Positions 53,925-62,697 of a stretch of DNA of 64,000 bases are shown piece by piece. The first letter of the stretch is position 1, and each line of letters opens with the position of its first letter. A model generated the notes under the pieces. That model was given only the letters and a program-made list of their open reading frames with translations, was not told the DNA's origin and ran no database searches. The position numbers and the translations under genes are program-made. Source of the DNA: a virus; the IMG/VR virus record IMGVR_UViG_3300047557_002984, positions 10,322 through 74,321 of that record; one strand, given 5' to 3'.

Positions 53925-54096
53925 ATATGAATGCGCGGGCGAAGGCTGCGGCTTTGCGTCCGACGATATGCAAGAGGCGCTGGATCACTGCAATGCGGGC
54001 GCGGACACACTTTACATCTGCGCAAATTGCGGTAAACGGCACGGATGGGAAATCAATGCGCAAGCGTGCTGCCAAGAGGGAGAAAACGAACAATGA
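53911..54096 (+). CDS. acidic double Cys-finger paralogue
   Basis: YECAGEGC...HC, CANCG...ACCQE. Confidence 0.6.
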   Translation: MIRFEYECAGEGCGFASDDMQEALDHCNAGADTLYICANCGKRHGWEINAQACCQEGENEQ

Positions 54097-54359
54097 GCAC
54101 TAACCGGATTGCTATAAACTACTACGCGCGACTTGCTAGTGAGGCGCAAGAGGAACTCGCCCGGCTTCAGTCCGGCATTGCCGCGCTCCGCGAGCAGTGG
54201 CAAGCCCGGCAGAATGCGTGGCTGACTGAGTTTGACGAGGAAATGCAAAAGGCTGGACGCGCAGAACGTTCCCTTATTCTAGCCGGTCAGCGGTACGCGA
54301 TGGCTTGCGTCCTTGAGGAACTCGACGCGCTCTTTCCCGTGGAGGCGTCCCACCAATGA
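54093..54359 (+). CDS. coiled-coil hypothetical protein
   Basis: ATGA overlaps; ends EASHQ. Confidence 0.65.
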   Translation: MSTNRIAINYYARLASEAQEELARLQSGIAALREQWQARQNAWLTEFDEEMQKAGRAERSLILAGQRYAMACVLEELDALFPVEASHQ

Positions 54360-54667
54360 CCACCTTTATCACGGTGCCCGCCGCCGCGCAGCAGTCCGGG
54401 CTGAGCGAAAAGTACATCCGCAAGCTGTGCCACGATGGCACGCTCCGCGCATCGTGCGTACAGGAAGCGCGCGGCCCGGTCTGGCAGATCGAGCGCGCCT
54501 CGTGGGAAGCGTATCTTGCGGCGCGTGACGGCTGGCTTGGGGATGTGGCGAAGGTGCTGGCGGGCAAGGCTCACACGGCAGCAGAAATTACCACCGCGAT
54601 CCGGCACGCGCTAGACACGCACGGGCTGGAAGTGCGGCGGACGATACGGAAACCAAAGACGGGTTAA
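54356..54667 (+). CDS. HTH_17/MerR-like DNA-binding protein
   Basis: ITVPAAAQQSGLSEKYIRKLCHDGTLRA...WQI. Confidence 0.8.
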   Translation: MTTFITVPAAAQQSGLSEKYIRKLCHDGTLRASCVQEARGPVWQIERASWEAYLAARDGWLGDVAKVLAGKAHTAAEITTAIRHALDTHGLEVRRTIRKPKTG

Positions 54668-54677
54668 GGAAATAAAG

Positions 54678-55427
54678 CTACTCCCCGCCAGCAATCCACA
54701 GTGACGCCTCATTGCTGATGCGCCCATCGGCCCACACGCGCACGCGCAGCTTGCCGCATACGCCAGCAGGCAGCATAAAGGTGAGCGTGTGGTTGCCGGG
54801 CGCGATCAGGTTGCCGCGCGATACGGTTGCTGCAATCCAGCGGTCATCCAGTAATACCCAAACGTGGCGCGCATTGCGCCAGCCCGTGCCCCATAATTGC
54901 ACGCCGGTTTCGCCGATGTTGGCGGGTGGCTGGCAATTCGTCTTTAACTCTGGAGTGCAGAGAATGCGCGGCCAATAGCCATCCCAGGCAATGCCCTGCG
55001 CGCTTTCAAACTCCGTGAACAGTCCCGGCGATGTGTTGGCGATCACTGCCCAGCCACACCACGCCGCACCATCTGCGCGGGACACTTCCACACGCCGCCA
55101 GCCCCAATCCACAGCGGGCACAATCACCTGAATTTGCCGCGCGGAGAGATACCGCAGCCGCGCCGGTTCGCCACCGATCAGCACGCGCACGCCCGCCAGA
55201 GACGCGGGCGGGTTGGTGTAATTGCCCGCGATGCCTTCCCCGTCCGTGAAGCCTTCGCCTTCGATTACCGCAACGCAATCCGCCGCGAGCACGCCGGAAC
55301 CACTCGCAATGTTGCGGATTTGTAACGGTCGCGAGGCAGCATTGGCCGCCAATGTGGCGCACGCAGCAAACGCCAGCGCCAAAATAAAGAGCAGCATCCA
55401 GCCTGTGCGGCGCTGTACTTCGTTCAT
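54678..55427 (-). CDS. secreted protein, TIGR03437 (Solibacter C-terminal domain)-like
   Basis: Signal peptide; PASLAGVRVLIGG..ARL.YLS..QI...VP, SPGLFT, LWGTG.R, DG..SN. Confidence 0.7.
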   Translation of the reverse strand: MNEVQRRTGWMLLFILALAFAACATLAANAASRPLQIRNIASGSGVLAADCVAVIEGEGFTDGEGIAGNYTNPPASLAGVRVLIGGEPARLRYLSARQIQVIVPAVDWGWRRVEVSRADGAAWCGWAVIANTSPGLFTEFESAQGIAWDGYWPRILCTPELKTNCQPPANIGETGVQLWGTGWRNARHVWVLLDDRWIAATVSRGNLIAPGNHTLTFMLPAGVCGKLRVRVWADGRISNEASLWIAGGE

Positions 55428-55486
55428 GATCTTCACCCTCACCTTCACCTGTCACCAAACAACTTTCTAGGGCACGTTGTTAAACG

Positions 55487-57034
55487 TTACGCTTCCACTA
55501 CGCGGAAAGAGTAATCCACGCCACAGCCGCCCGCCGTGGCTTGTGCTTTAATATCAGAGTCAAAATAAAAAACGTGCCGCACGCTGCGGAACGGGCTATC
55601 CCAGATAAAGGGCAGCTTCCCGTATTGGTTCTGCCAGAACGTGCGCACGGTGCCGTATTCGCTCACGGTGCGGTTGCGGAAGTCCCATTCGTGCGCCTGA
55701 TACGTTTCTTCATCGGCATCTTTGATGCGGAAACTGACCGTGCGATCCTCTGCCCGGCTGACCAACAATGTCCGCTTATCTTCCCAATTGAGTGGCGTGT
55801 TCGGGTTATACGAGAAATGATTCAGCACGCGAATTTCCTGACTGACGGTGTATGTCCCATTGGTAGCCGTAATCTTCGCCGTCAGGCCCGCCTGATTCGG
55901 TGCCGTCCACGTCACAGAGGAACCGGATGACGAACTGAGCGTGCCGATGGTTGCCGTCCAGTTGATCGTGCCGGTCATGTTTGTCGTCAGAGTTAGCACT
56001 TCACCGAGCTTGGCTGCATCCACGCTGAGGCTTGACGGATTGGTCACGGTCATTACGGCGGGAATCGTGATTGTGATGCGCGCGTCTTGCGTGGTGGAGT
56101 AGGTGGCCTTCACCACCGTGGTGCCGGGCGCACTGGGGGCCGTGAAATAATCGTTCGTGAAGGAACCGGAACCGCTCACCACAGCCCACGTCACCAGCTT
56201 CTTTTGCGCGCGGTCGTAATTCGTGCGGAACCGTACCACCTCGCTGGGCTGAAGCGTGAGCGCAATCGGGCCATCAATGGAAAGCGGCTCAATGACCGGC
56301 ACAGCGGTTGCGGTTTGCAGAGACAAGCCTTCAATCGCGCAGCTTAGCGCGTACACGCCCGGTTTTACTCCTGCGGTATAAAGCACCTTCCAGACATCCG
56401 TTGAATCGTCCAGCGTGCCGCCTGACACTGACCACGTATTTTCTTGCGCCGTGTCCAGCTGTGAATCAGCATCTAAATCCCAAACTCCCGTGAACGCGGG
56501 AACCGTAATTTTAGGCGTCCCGCTTGCCATCGTGCCAACAAAGTCCACAGAGGCGCGGATCGGGTACGCGGTCGCGGTCGTGGGCGTGTATTCAACGGCA
56601 ATTTGCCCGTTAATGTACATTCGCAGCATATGACCCGCCGCTTCAAAGTAATACTCGTCTGCTGCCACAACTGTGTGCGATACGGTTGCCAGCGTTACGC
56701 CGTCCTGATCCTTCACCACCGTGCTGGTCGGGCTGATGTAAGCAAACAAGCCGTTGGAACTCACGCCAAAGAGGCGCAGTTGCACTTCGCCACCGCTGCC
56801 GGGGAGCATATGACTGCTAAACGTCCATGTGACGCCCGCAATGCCCGCGTGAACGCGTTGCACAATGTTGGCGTGACAGTCTCCGCTGCTGGTGCGCGAC
56901 AAGGAGTGGTCGCTTTGTACGGTCACGTTTGTTAGCAGATCCCAAAGAACAGGCGGCGGCTGTGTGCGCACCCGGAAATAAACCTGATCCTCCGGGTATA
57001 AGTTGATGCTTTGCGGAAAAATTTCATATGCCAT
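55487..57034 (-). CDS. tail protein with Ig-like repeats and distal-tail-like C-terminus
   Basis: VTW.V.SG.G...FTAP repeats; C-terminal TFW....GK.PFIW.SP resembles gpM/Dit proteins. Confidence 0.7.
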   Translation of the reverse strand: MAYEIFPQSINLYPEDQVYFRVRTQPPPVLWDLLTNVTVQSDHSLSRTSSGDCHANIVQRVHAGIAGVTWTFSSHMLPGSGGEVQLRLFGVSSNGLFAYISPTSTVVKDQDGVTLATVSHTVVAADEYYFEAAGHMLRMYINGQIAVEYTPTTATAYPIRASVDFVGTMASGTPKITVPAFTGVWDLDADSQLDTAQENTWSVSGGTLDDSTDVWKVLYTAGVKPGVYALSCAIEGLSLQTATAVPVIEPLSIDGPIALTLQPSEVVRFRTNYDRAQKKLVTWAVVSGSGSFTNDYFTAPSAPGTTVVKATYSTTQDARITITIPAVMTVTNPSSLSVDAAKLGEVLTLTTNMTGTINWTATIGTLSSSSGSSVTWTAPNQAGLTAKITATNGTYTVSQEIRVLNHFSYNPNTPLNWEDKRTLLVSRAEDRTVSFRIKDADEETYQAHEWDFRNRTVSEYGTVRTFWQNQYGKLPFIWDSPFRSVRHVFYFDSDIKAQATAGGCGVDYSFRVVEA

Positions 57035-58417
57035 TTACGGTGTCACCTCTGGCTGCACGGGGAAATGATCGTCGTCCGAATAAATTACGCCTTCGCCGGT
57101 AATCGCCTGCACGGTGAACTCGCACTCATCGGCGCTTTTTTCCGCACTCAGCAACGTCGCTTCCAGTACAAGGCAACGCTGGTACTGCCAATCGGGAATT
57201 GAGTGCGAAACCGTGACAAAATCGCCCGGCATTACGTGGAGCGCGGCCCCGGTGGCGCGAAACGTTGCCACCTGCGGGTAATCGCATTCAAGGCGAAGCT
57301 GCCGCGCCAGCAGGCGTTGCGCTTGCGAGCGGTACATATTCGGGAATGCCCGCTCTGATGCGATTTTGCCGACTTTTTGAATCAGCGCCGTGTTTTGCGC
57401 GGTTGTGCTGGTTTCCGTCAGGTAGGGATCGTCAAGGTCGCGGAACTTCGCCGTGACGTAGTTGATGCGCTCCCGTGTGTCGCGCGGGGAGACTTGAAAT
57501 GTGCCGGTGACGATGTTTGATTCGCTGAAGTGGTGCGTAAAGTCGGTGTCTGTGGGCAGACGGAATGTGATGCGCTCCCCGTCATCCTGCCACCACGTTG
57601 CACAGGTCGCGCAGATCGCATCCAGCGCGTCGGCTAGCGTGACCTCGCCCGTGAAAGCAACGTGGCATTCAAAGCGCGGAATCGTGCGCGTGGTGGTGCC
57701 ATCATTCCAGGAAATCGTTTCGGCGCAGTATTCGCGCAGTTCCAGGTATTTGTCCCAATTGACGCGCGCCTTCAGCTTGGCCAGCACGGTTGTTTCATCG
57801 TTCGGGTAGCGCGCCTCATAGTAGCGGCGGATCGCATCCACGGCGATGTCTGCCGGATTCGCGCTGTACACGCGGCTGCTTGAGGGCGTGCCGCTCACAT
57901 CGTAGGTGTACACCTTCTTGCATTTTGCGCGCCAGCGGATTTTGTCAGGCCGATCCTCCGTGCTCTTGGACTCCGGCAACAAGACCGCCAGATATGCGGT
58001 GCCGCTGTATGCCAGCCCGGAGCTAAGGAATGAGTCTACCGGCTGCGTCGGGTCAGTGGTCGAGGTTGAGATCGTGCCGGGGTAAAAGTGATAGCCCGGC
58101 GTCGTCGCGTCCGGGGATGAACTGATCGTGTCTCCGGCATACCAGCACGTAACAACCGAATCCCACACGCCTTCGCCACCCGCCACAACCAGCTTGCTTG
58201 ACGGTGGCGGCCCCGCGTCGTACTTGTGAACGATGAGGAAGCCACCCACCAGGTGTTCACCATAGGCGTCCGCCAGCAATCCGCCTTCCGCTTCCGCGAC
58301 GAACTGCGTTAGCGATGATTCTTCCGCATCGCTGACCGTGCTGCCGGACGTGCCGCCCGCGTTTGGCGTGGTCGTGTAGCCGCTTGAGATTTCGTCAAGA
58401 TTGAACATTCCCGGCAT
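57035..58417 (-). CDS. tail tip/central hub protein (gpJ/Phage-tail_3-like)
   Basis: YSGTAY, YSANPA...D, RFEC, N..TAKFRD, PGDFVTV. Confidence 0.8.
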   Translation of the reverse strand: MPGMFNLDEISSGYTTTPNAGGTSGSTVSDAEESSLTQFVAEAEGGLLADAYGEHLVGGFLIVHKYDAGPPPSSKLVVAGGEGVWDSVVTCWYAGDTISSSPDATTPGYHFYPGTISTSTTDPTQPVDSFLSSGLAYSGTAYLAVLLPESKSTEDRPDKIRWRAKCKKVYTYDVSGTPSSSRVYSANPADIAVDAIRRYYEARYPNDETTVLAKLKARVNWDKYLELREYCAETISWNDGTTTRTIPRFECHVAFTGEVTLADALDAICATCATWWQDDGERITFRLPTDTDFTHHFSESNIVTGTFQVSPRDTRERINYVTAKFRDLDDPYLTETSTTAQNTALIQKVGKIASERAFPNMYRSQAQRLLARQLRLECDYPQVATFRATGAALHVMPGDFVTVSHSIPDWQYQRCLVLEATLLSAEKSADECEFTVQAITGEGVIYSDDDHFPVQPEVTP

Positions 58418-59458
58418 TTATGCGGCCCCCTCTGAGAGCGCCGCAAAGAGCGGCAATTCCGTTGTGTGTTTGGTTGCTGGCACGGCGCGGCGGGCGCGTG
58501 CTGTGGCAATATCCGCAACTGGTGCGGCGGTGCTGATTGCGGCCAAGCGGGCTAGGCGCTTTTGGGCTAGCTCGACGTAATCAATGTTTAATTCAATCAG
58601 AACCGCGTTTCTGCGGTTCTCGATGGCTACTTGTGCCGTCGTGCCACTGCCGCCGAACGGATCAAGTACCGTGCCGCCTTCGGGACAGCCCGCAAGAATG
58701 CACGGCTTAATCAGGTCGGGCGGGAACGTGGCAAAATGGGCTTCCTTATAGGGCTTCGGTGCGACTGTCCAGACGGAGCGGCGGTTGCGCCCGTTAGGAT
58801 GATTACCAAAGCCAGACGCGCCTGGTGCGTAGGCATTATTCAGCCATGCCGTGCCATGCCTTTTTATTGCCTTTAGAGTCGGGTCAAAAGGTCTGTTTTG
58901 TGCAGGTTCCCTCACAGCATCCGCATCGTAAAAATACTTCGGCGACTTGCTCAGCAAGAAAATCTGCTCGTGCGCTTTCGTCGGCCTGTCCTTCACGCTT
59001 TCCGGCATCGGGTTGGGCTTGTGCCAGATAATTTCGGAGCGCAAGTACCAGCCGTCCGCACGCAGGGCAAAGGCGAGCATCCAGGGAATGCCCAGCAAAT
59101 CCTTTTGCTTTACTCCTTCACCGCGCTTCGGTTTTAGCCCGGCTATCCTGACGGCTGGCCCGCCTTCATTTGCATTACTTCCGCCACTGTTGGCATTCCC
59201 CGCATAGCTGTCCCCAATGTTCACCCATAGCGTGCCATCGTCTTTCAATACGCGCCGCACTTCGCGGAAGACTTCGACCAGCCGTGCAATGTACGCTTCC
59301 GGTGTTTCTTCTAGGCCAATCTGCCCGTCAACACCATAATCGCGCAGGCCGTAATAAGGCGGTGATGTGACGCAGCAATGAATGGATTGCGATGGCATTG
59401 CACGCATCACTTCTAACGCGTCTCCGTGCTCTATCCTGAATCGTTCCACCGTCACCAT
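58418..59458 (-). CDS. N4-cytosine/N6-adenine DNA methyltransferase
   Basis: VTSPPYYGLRDY, IIWHKPNPMPES, HFATFP, DPFGGSGTT. Confidence 0.92.
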   Translation of the reverse strand: MVTVERFRIEHGDALEVMRAMPSQSIHCCVTSPPYYGLRDYGVDGQIGLEETPEAYIARLVEVFREVRRVLKDDGTLWVNIGDSYAGNANSGGSNANEGGPAVRIAGLKPKRGEGVKQKDLLGIPWMLAFALRADGWYLRSEIIWHKPNPMPESVKDRPTKAHEQIFLLSKSPKYFYDADAVREPAQNRPFDPTLKAIKRHGTAWLNNAYAPGASGFGNHPNGRNRRSVWTVAPKPYKEAHFATFPPDLIKPCILAGCPEGGTVLDPFGGSGTTAQVAIENRRNAVLIELNIDYVELAQKRLARLAAISTAAPVADIATARARRAVPATKHTTELPLFAALSEGAA

Positions 59459-59463
59459 CCCCC

Positions 59464-62400
59464 TTACGCTGACACACGCACGGCTGAAAACTTCGGTTTC
59501 AGCCCACTAGAGTTGTATGTGTCCTTCGTGCTCCCGCGTTCGTGGTAAACCGCGACTTCCACGTAATCCCCCGCGCTCAGATTCACCATCCCCGACACAT
59601 TGAAAGACGGATATTGCGTTGTCACGTTTGGCAACACGTAATCCACACCCGCCACAACGTCCGTGCGGTTTTTGTAAATCCGCGTCAAGATGCGAAACTG
59701 CGCGCCCCCCAGGTCATCCCAGGGAACCGTGGCAGTCACAACGTACTTGCCCGCCGTCGTAGCCGTGATGCGGGAGTTATTCGTTACCGTGTCGTGCATC
59801 GTGTCTGTGTCGGCAATCTCGGTGGCGAAATCAATATAGGTCAGCGTGGAATTGCTGATGCTTTGCGTGCCAGACGCTTCCACTTCGCAATACGGCACAT
59901 TGCCGCCCAACTCGTACTCCGTCCCGGCGTCGTTCTTGTAGTACAGCCCCGACGTTGACCCTTTCGCCTTCGGGTAAATGACCAATGTGTCCGCGCTGGG
60001 CGTGCTTGGTGCGGATCGCTCTTTCAGGTTGAGCGAGCCGGAGAAGAAGCCGTCTGTCCAGCGGTTATCGCTGCCCCCGAACTGGTAGGTATTTGTTGCC
60101 TCAGGGATCAGGCCAACAGCCCGCAGCGAGAACACGCCCGTCCCGTTATGCAAAAACAGCGTGTCGTGATTCGTGGTCGTACCGATTTGCAGGTACGAAC
60201 CGCCAAGTAACTGAAAGCGCCCGCTGACCGTGCCATCCGAAAACGCATATTGCGGATTACTGCCCGCCGTGATCGTCAGGTTTTGCGCGGCGTACGTGGT
60301 GGCACCGTTCCCCATCACGATCCCGGTGCCGAAATAGCCGTTGCGGAATTGCTTCGACGAACTGCCCGCGTCAATCGCATTGTCTGTGCCGGGTAGCAGG
60401 CTGGTATTGATCGCCACGCTCGCCAGATTAGAAAGCGCCGTGTTGGCCCCGCTGCCACCGCCGGAGCTATTTCCACCGCCAAAGGTCAGATAGTTGGTGC
60501 CATCCGAATAAACCAGCAGCGAACCGTAATTTGTGTTAATCGTGGCCGAGGCCGCGCCGTCAATCGTCGAACCACCGCCCGCGTTCACTGTGATATTGTG
60601 CGTTGCCGCGATGCCTGATCCATCCTTCACCACCACCCATTCACCAGGCCGCAAATAGCCCCCGTACATCAGCGTGACCGTGACGCCTGCGCCGGAGTGC
60701 CGCATATCCACCAAGCGCGTTCCCTGGCTCTCCACGGTGTAGGTTGCGGTCGGTGCCACGCGGTTCATCACATCCAAGCGGCGCAAGGGCACGCTCTTAT
60801 CTGTCGCAAGCGACGTGTCCCAATAGGTTGTGCAGCCGTTGTACGTGCCAAACTGACCGGCGGGCGCAATGCAGATCAGCGGCGGATTGCCTTCGGACTC
60901 GATAGGCTCCCCGTTCGCGTATGCCGTCCCGGCGCTGTCCGCGTCTGCAAAAATCGTCTGCGGGTCAAGCATGCCGGGCGAACAATTGGCAATCGTGGCC
61001 GTGCGGAACCGAATCGGGCGCACACCGTTTGCCCCTTTAACGAAATTATTCGCACCAAGCAGGTTGATCACCGAACCGCTGCCGCGCACCTCAATCCCCG
61101 TGGCCTGAAATGCCTCGAAATTGCAATTCAGGAAGCTGACATAGGCCACCGAATTGGACGCGTCGCCATAGGTCGTGTCCTGGCCGACAATCACGCACAC
61201 CGATCCCGAACCTGACGGGTCAATGCCGTTGCATCCCTCCATCAAGATGGTGCGCGTCTGACCGCGCCGGAACCGGTAGGCAATCGGGTTGCTTGAGGTC
61301 GTATCGTGCGCGTAACAGTTCAGCAGGTGAACGCACGGGCCGTTGGTGTCAATGTCAAACGCGGGAACCCCGGACGTTGCCGCTAGATTCCAGTTGGTTG
61401 CGTGAACGTCGGCAATGCGCACGTTGAACGCCGAACCGCTGCCCGTGTCGAAATACACCGCGCGCCCGCCTGTGTTCGTGATGCGCACGTTGCTGATCAT
61501 CACGTTGAACGGCTCATTGCCGCTCGAATGAATGTAGATTCCGTGGTTTGCGCTCGTACCGCTCCCGCCATAGCCTTCCAGCGAAAGGTTCTCAATTTGC
61601 ACGGTATGGCTGACTGTGGACGTGCAATCAATATCAATGACTGCTTTGTTAGAAACGCGAGATTTCAAGATCGTGCGGCCCGGCCCGTCACCAAAGATGC
61701 GGATGCTGTTGAGGTTATTCCAATCTAGTTCATCCAGCATGTAGGTGCCCGCAGGCAGATACAGCGGACGCCCCTGGCTATTAGCTGCCGTGAGCGCATT
61801 CGCAATGGCGGTTGTATCGTTTGCGCTGCCATTGGCGAGCGCGCCAAACTGTGCGCTTTTCGCGTTGATGGAGCCGACATTGCCGAGGATGTTCACCTCT
61901 GTCTGCTCGTCCGTCGCATTGTTCGTAATGGCAACTGATCCGGCAGTCAGTGCCAGGAACGGTTGCATCGCATAGCTGGTGTTTGTTGTGCCGTCGGTCG
62001 TTTTAATGAGTTGGTTGTTTGACGGCGTAGGCAATGCGGCAGCGCCCGCCACAGAGGCCGCTGATTCGATGTACACAAACCCGCCAAACCTCGCGCGTTT
62101 CAACGGTGAACCGTGCCGCCCGTGGCACCCGCCGCTGTCATCCAGCAGGCCATTGCAGGTCAGTTCCGCGCCGGAATGGCCGCACTCTTTACCGCGAAAA
62201 CGCCCCAACTCCTGCCACGCGCAATTCCGCCGGACAGGGTGATATGCACCCACCTTTGTCCCGGCATAGCCTTCGCTGACCAGTTCCAGGCGCACAACGT
62301 TTTCCAGAATTTGCACGCCCGCAACAACGCCCGTCAGCAAGATTTTGTGAATCTTCGCACCGCTGCTTTTCTCCGTCCACAGACGCCCAAAACGCGCTTC

Positions 62401-62697
62401 TGCGCCATAGAGCGCATCTGCCAATTCCAGGAACGACACGCCCAACACCGTGTCCACGTTCTGCAAGTCCACCGTCACGCGGTCGCTGGCACGCGTCAGG
62501 CTGGTGCGCACATTGCCGGTTTCCCGCAATTGCCGGTCATACGTCACCCCATCAATTTCCAGCTTGGCCGTAGCGAAGTAGTAATTTTGGTTCGCGGTGA
62601 TCTCTGAGGGGATGCGCAGTTCCAACGTGGAATGCGTCGCAATGCCAACATTGCGTGCGAGTAGGTTGCTCAGCCCTCGTGGAAATGTGCGCGCCAT
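59464..62697 (-). CDS. minor tail protein (gpL/BR0599-like Cys domain) fused to beta-helix tailspike
   Basis: NCAW..ECG..TC..C..RFGGF, then FGALANGSANDTTAI...LYLPAGTY pectate-lyase-like start; C1q-like C-terminus. Confidence 0.8.
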   Translation of the reverse strand: MARTFPRGLSNLLARNVGIATHSTLELRIPSEITANQNYYFATAKLEIDGVTYDRQLRETGNVRTSLTRASDRVTVDLQNVDTVLGVSFLELADALYGAEARFGRLWTEKSSGAKIHKILLTGVVAGVQILENVVRLELVSEGYAGTKVGAYHPVRRNCAWQELGRFRGKECGHSGAELTCNGLLDDSGGCHGRHGSPLKRARFGGFVYIESAASVAGAAALPTPSNNQLIKTTDGTTNTSYAMQPFLALTAGSVAITNNATDEQTEVNILGNVGSINAKSAQFGALANGSANDTTAIANALTAANSQGRPLYLPAGTYMLDELDWNNLNSIRIFGDGPGRTILKSRVSNKAVIDIDCTSTVSHTVQIENLSLEGYGGSGTSANHGIYIHSSGNEPFNVMISNVRITNTGGRAVYFDTGSGSAFNVRIADVHATNWNLAATSGVPAFDIDTNGPCVHLLNCYAHDTTSSNPIAYRFRRGQTRTILMEGCNGIDPSGSGSVCVIVGQDTTYGDASNSVAYVSFLNCNFEAFQATGIEVRGSGSVINLLGANNFVKGANGVRPIRFRTATIANCSPGMLDPQTIFADADSAGTAYANGEPIESEGNPPLICIAPAGQFGTYNGCTTYWDTSLATDKSVPLRRLDVMNRVAPTATYTVESQGTRLVDMRHSGAGVTVTLMYGGYLRPGEWVVVKDGSGIAATHNITVNAGGGSTIDGAASATINTNYGSLLVYSDGTNYLTFGGGNSSGGGSGANTALSNLASVAINTSLLPGTDNAIDAGSSSKQFRNGYFGTGIVMGNGATTYAAQNLTITAGSNPQYAFSDGTVSGRFQLLGGSYLQIGTTTNHDTLFLHNGTGVFSLRAVGLIPEATNTYQFGGSDNRWTDGFFSGSLNLKERSAPSTPSADTLVIYPKAKGSTSGLYYKNDAGTEYELGGNVPYCEVEASGTQSISNSTLTYIDFATEIADTDTMHDTVTNNSRITATTAGKYVVTATVPWDDLGGAQFRILTRIYKNRTDVVAGVDYVLPNVTTQYPSFNVSGMVNLSAGDYVEVAVYHERGSTKDTYNSSGLKPKFSAVRVSA

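Noticed and set aside
48080-62697. Diversity-generating retroelement acting on tail fibres
   Set aside because: No reverse transcriptase and no template/variable repeat pair with adenine-specific mismatches was seen.
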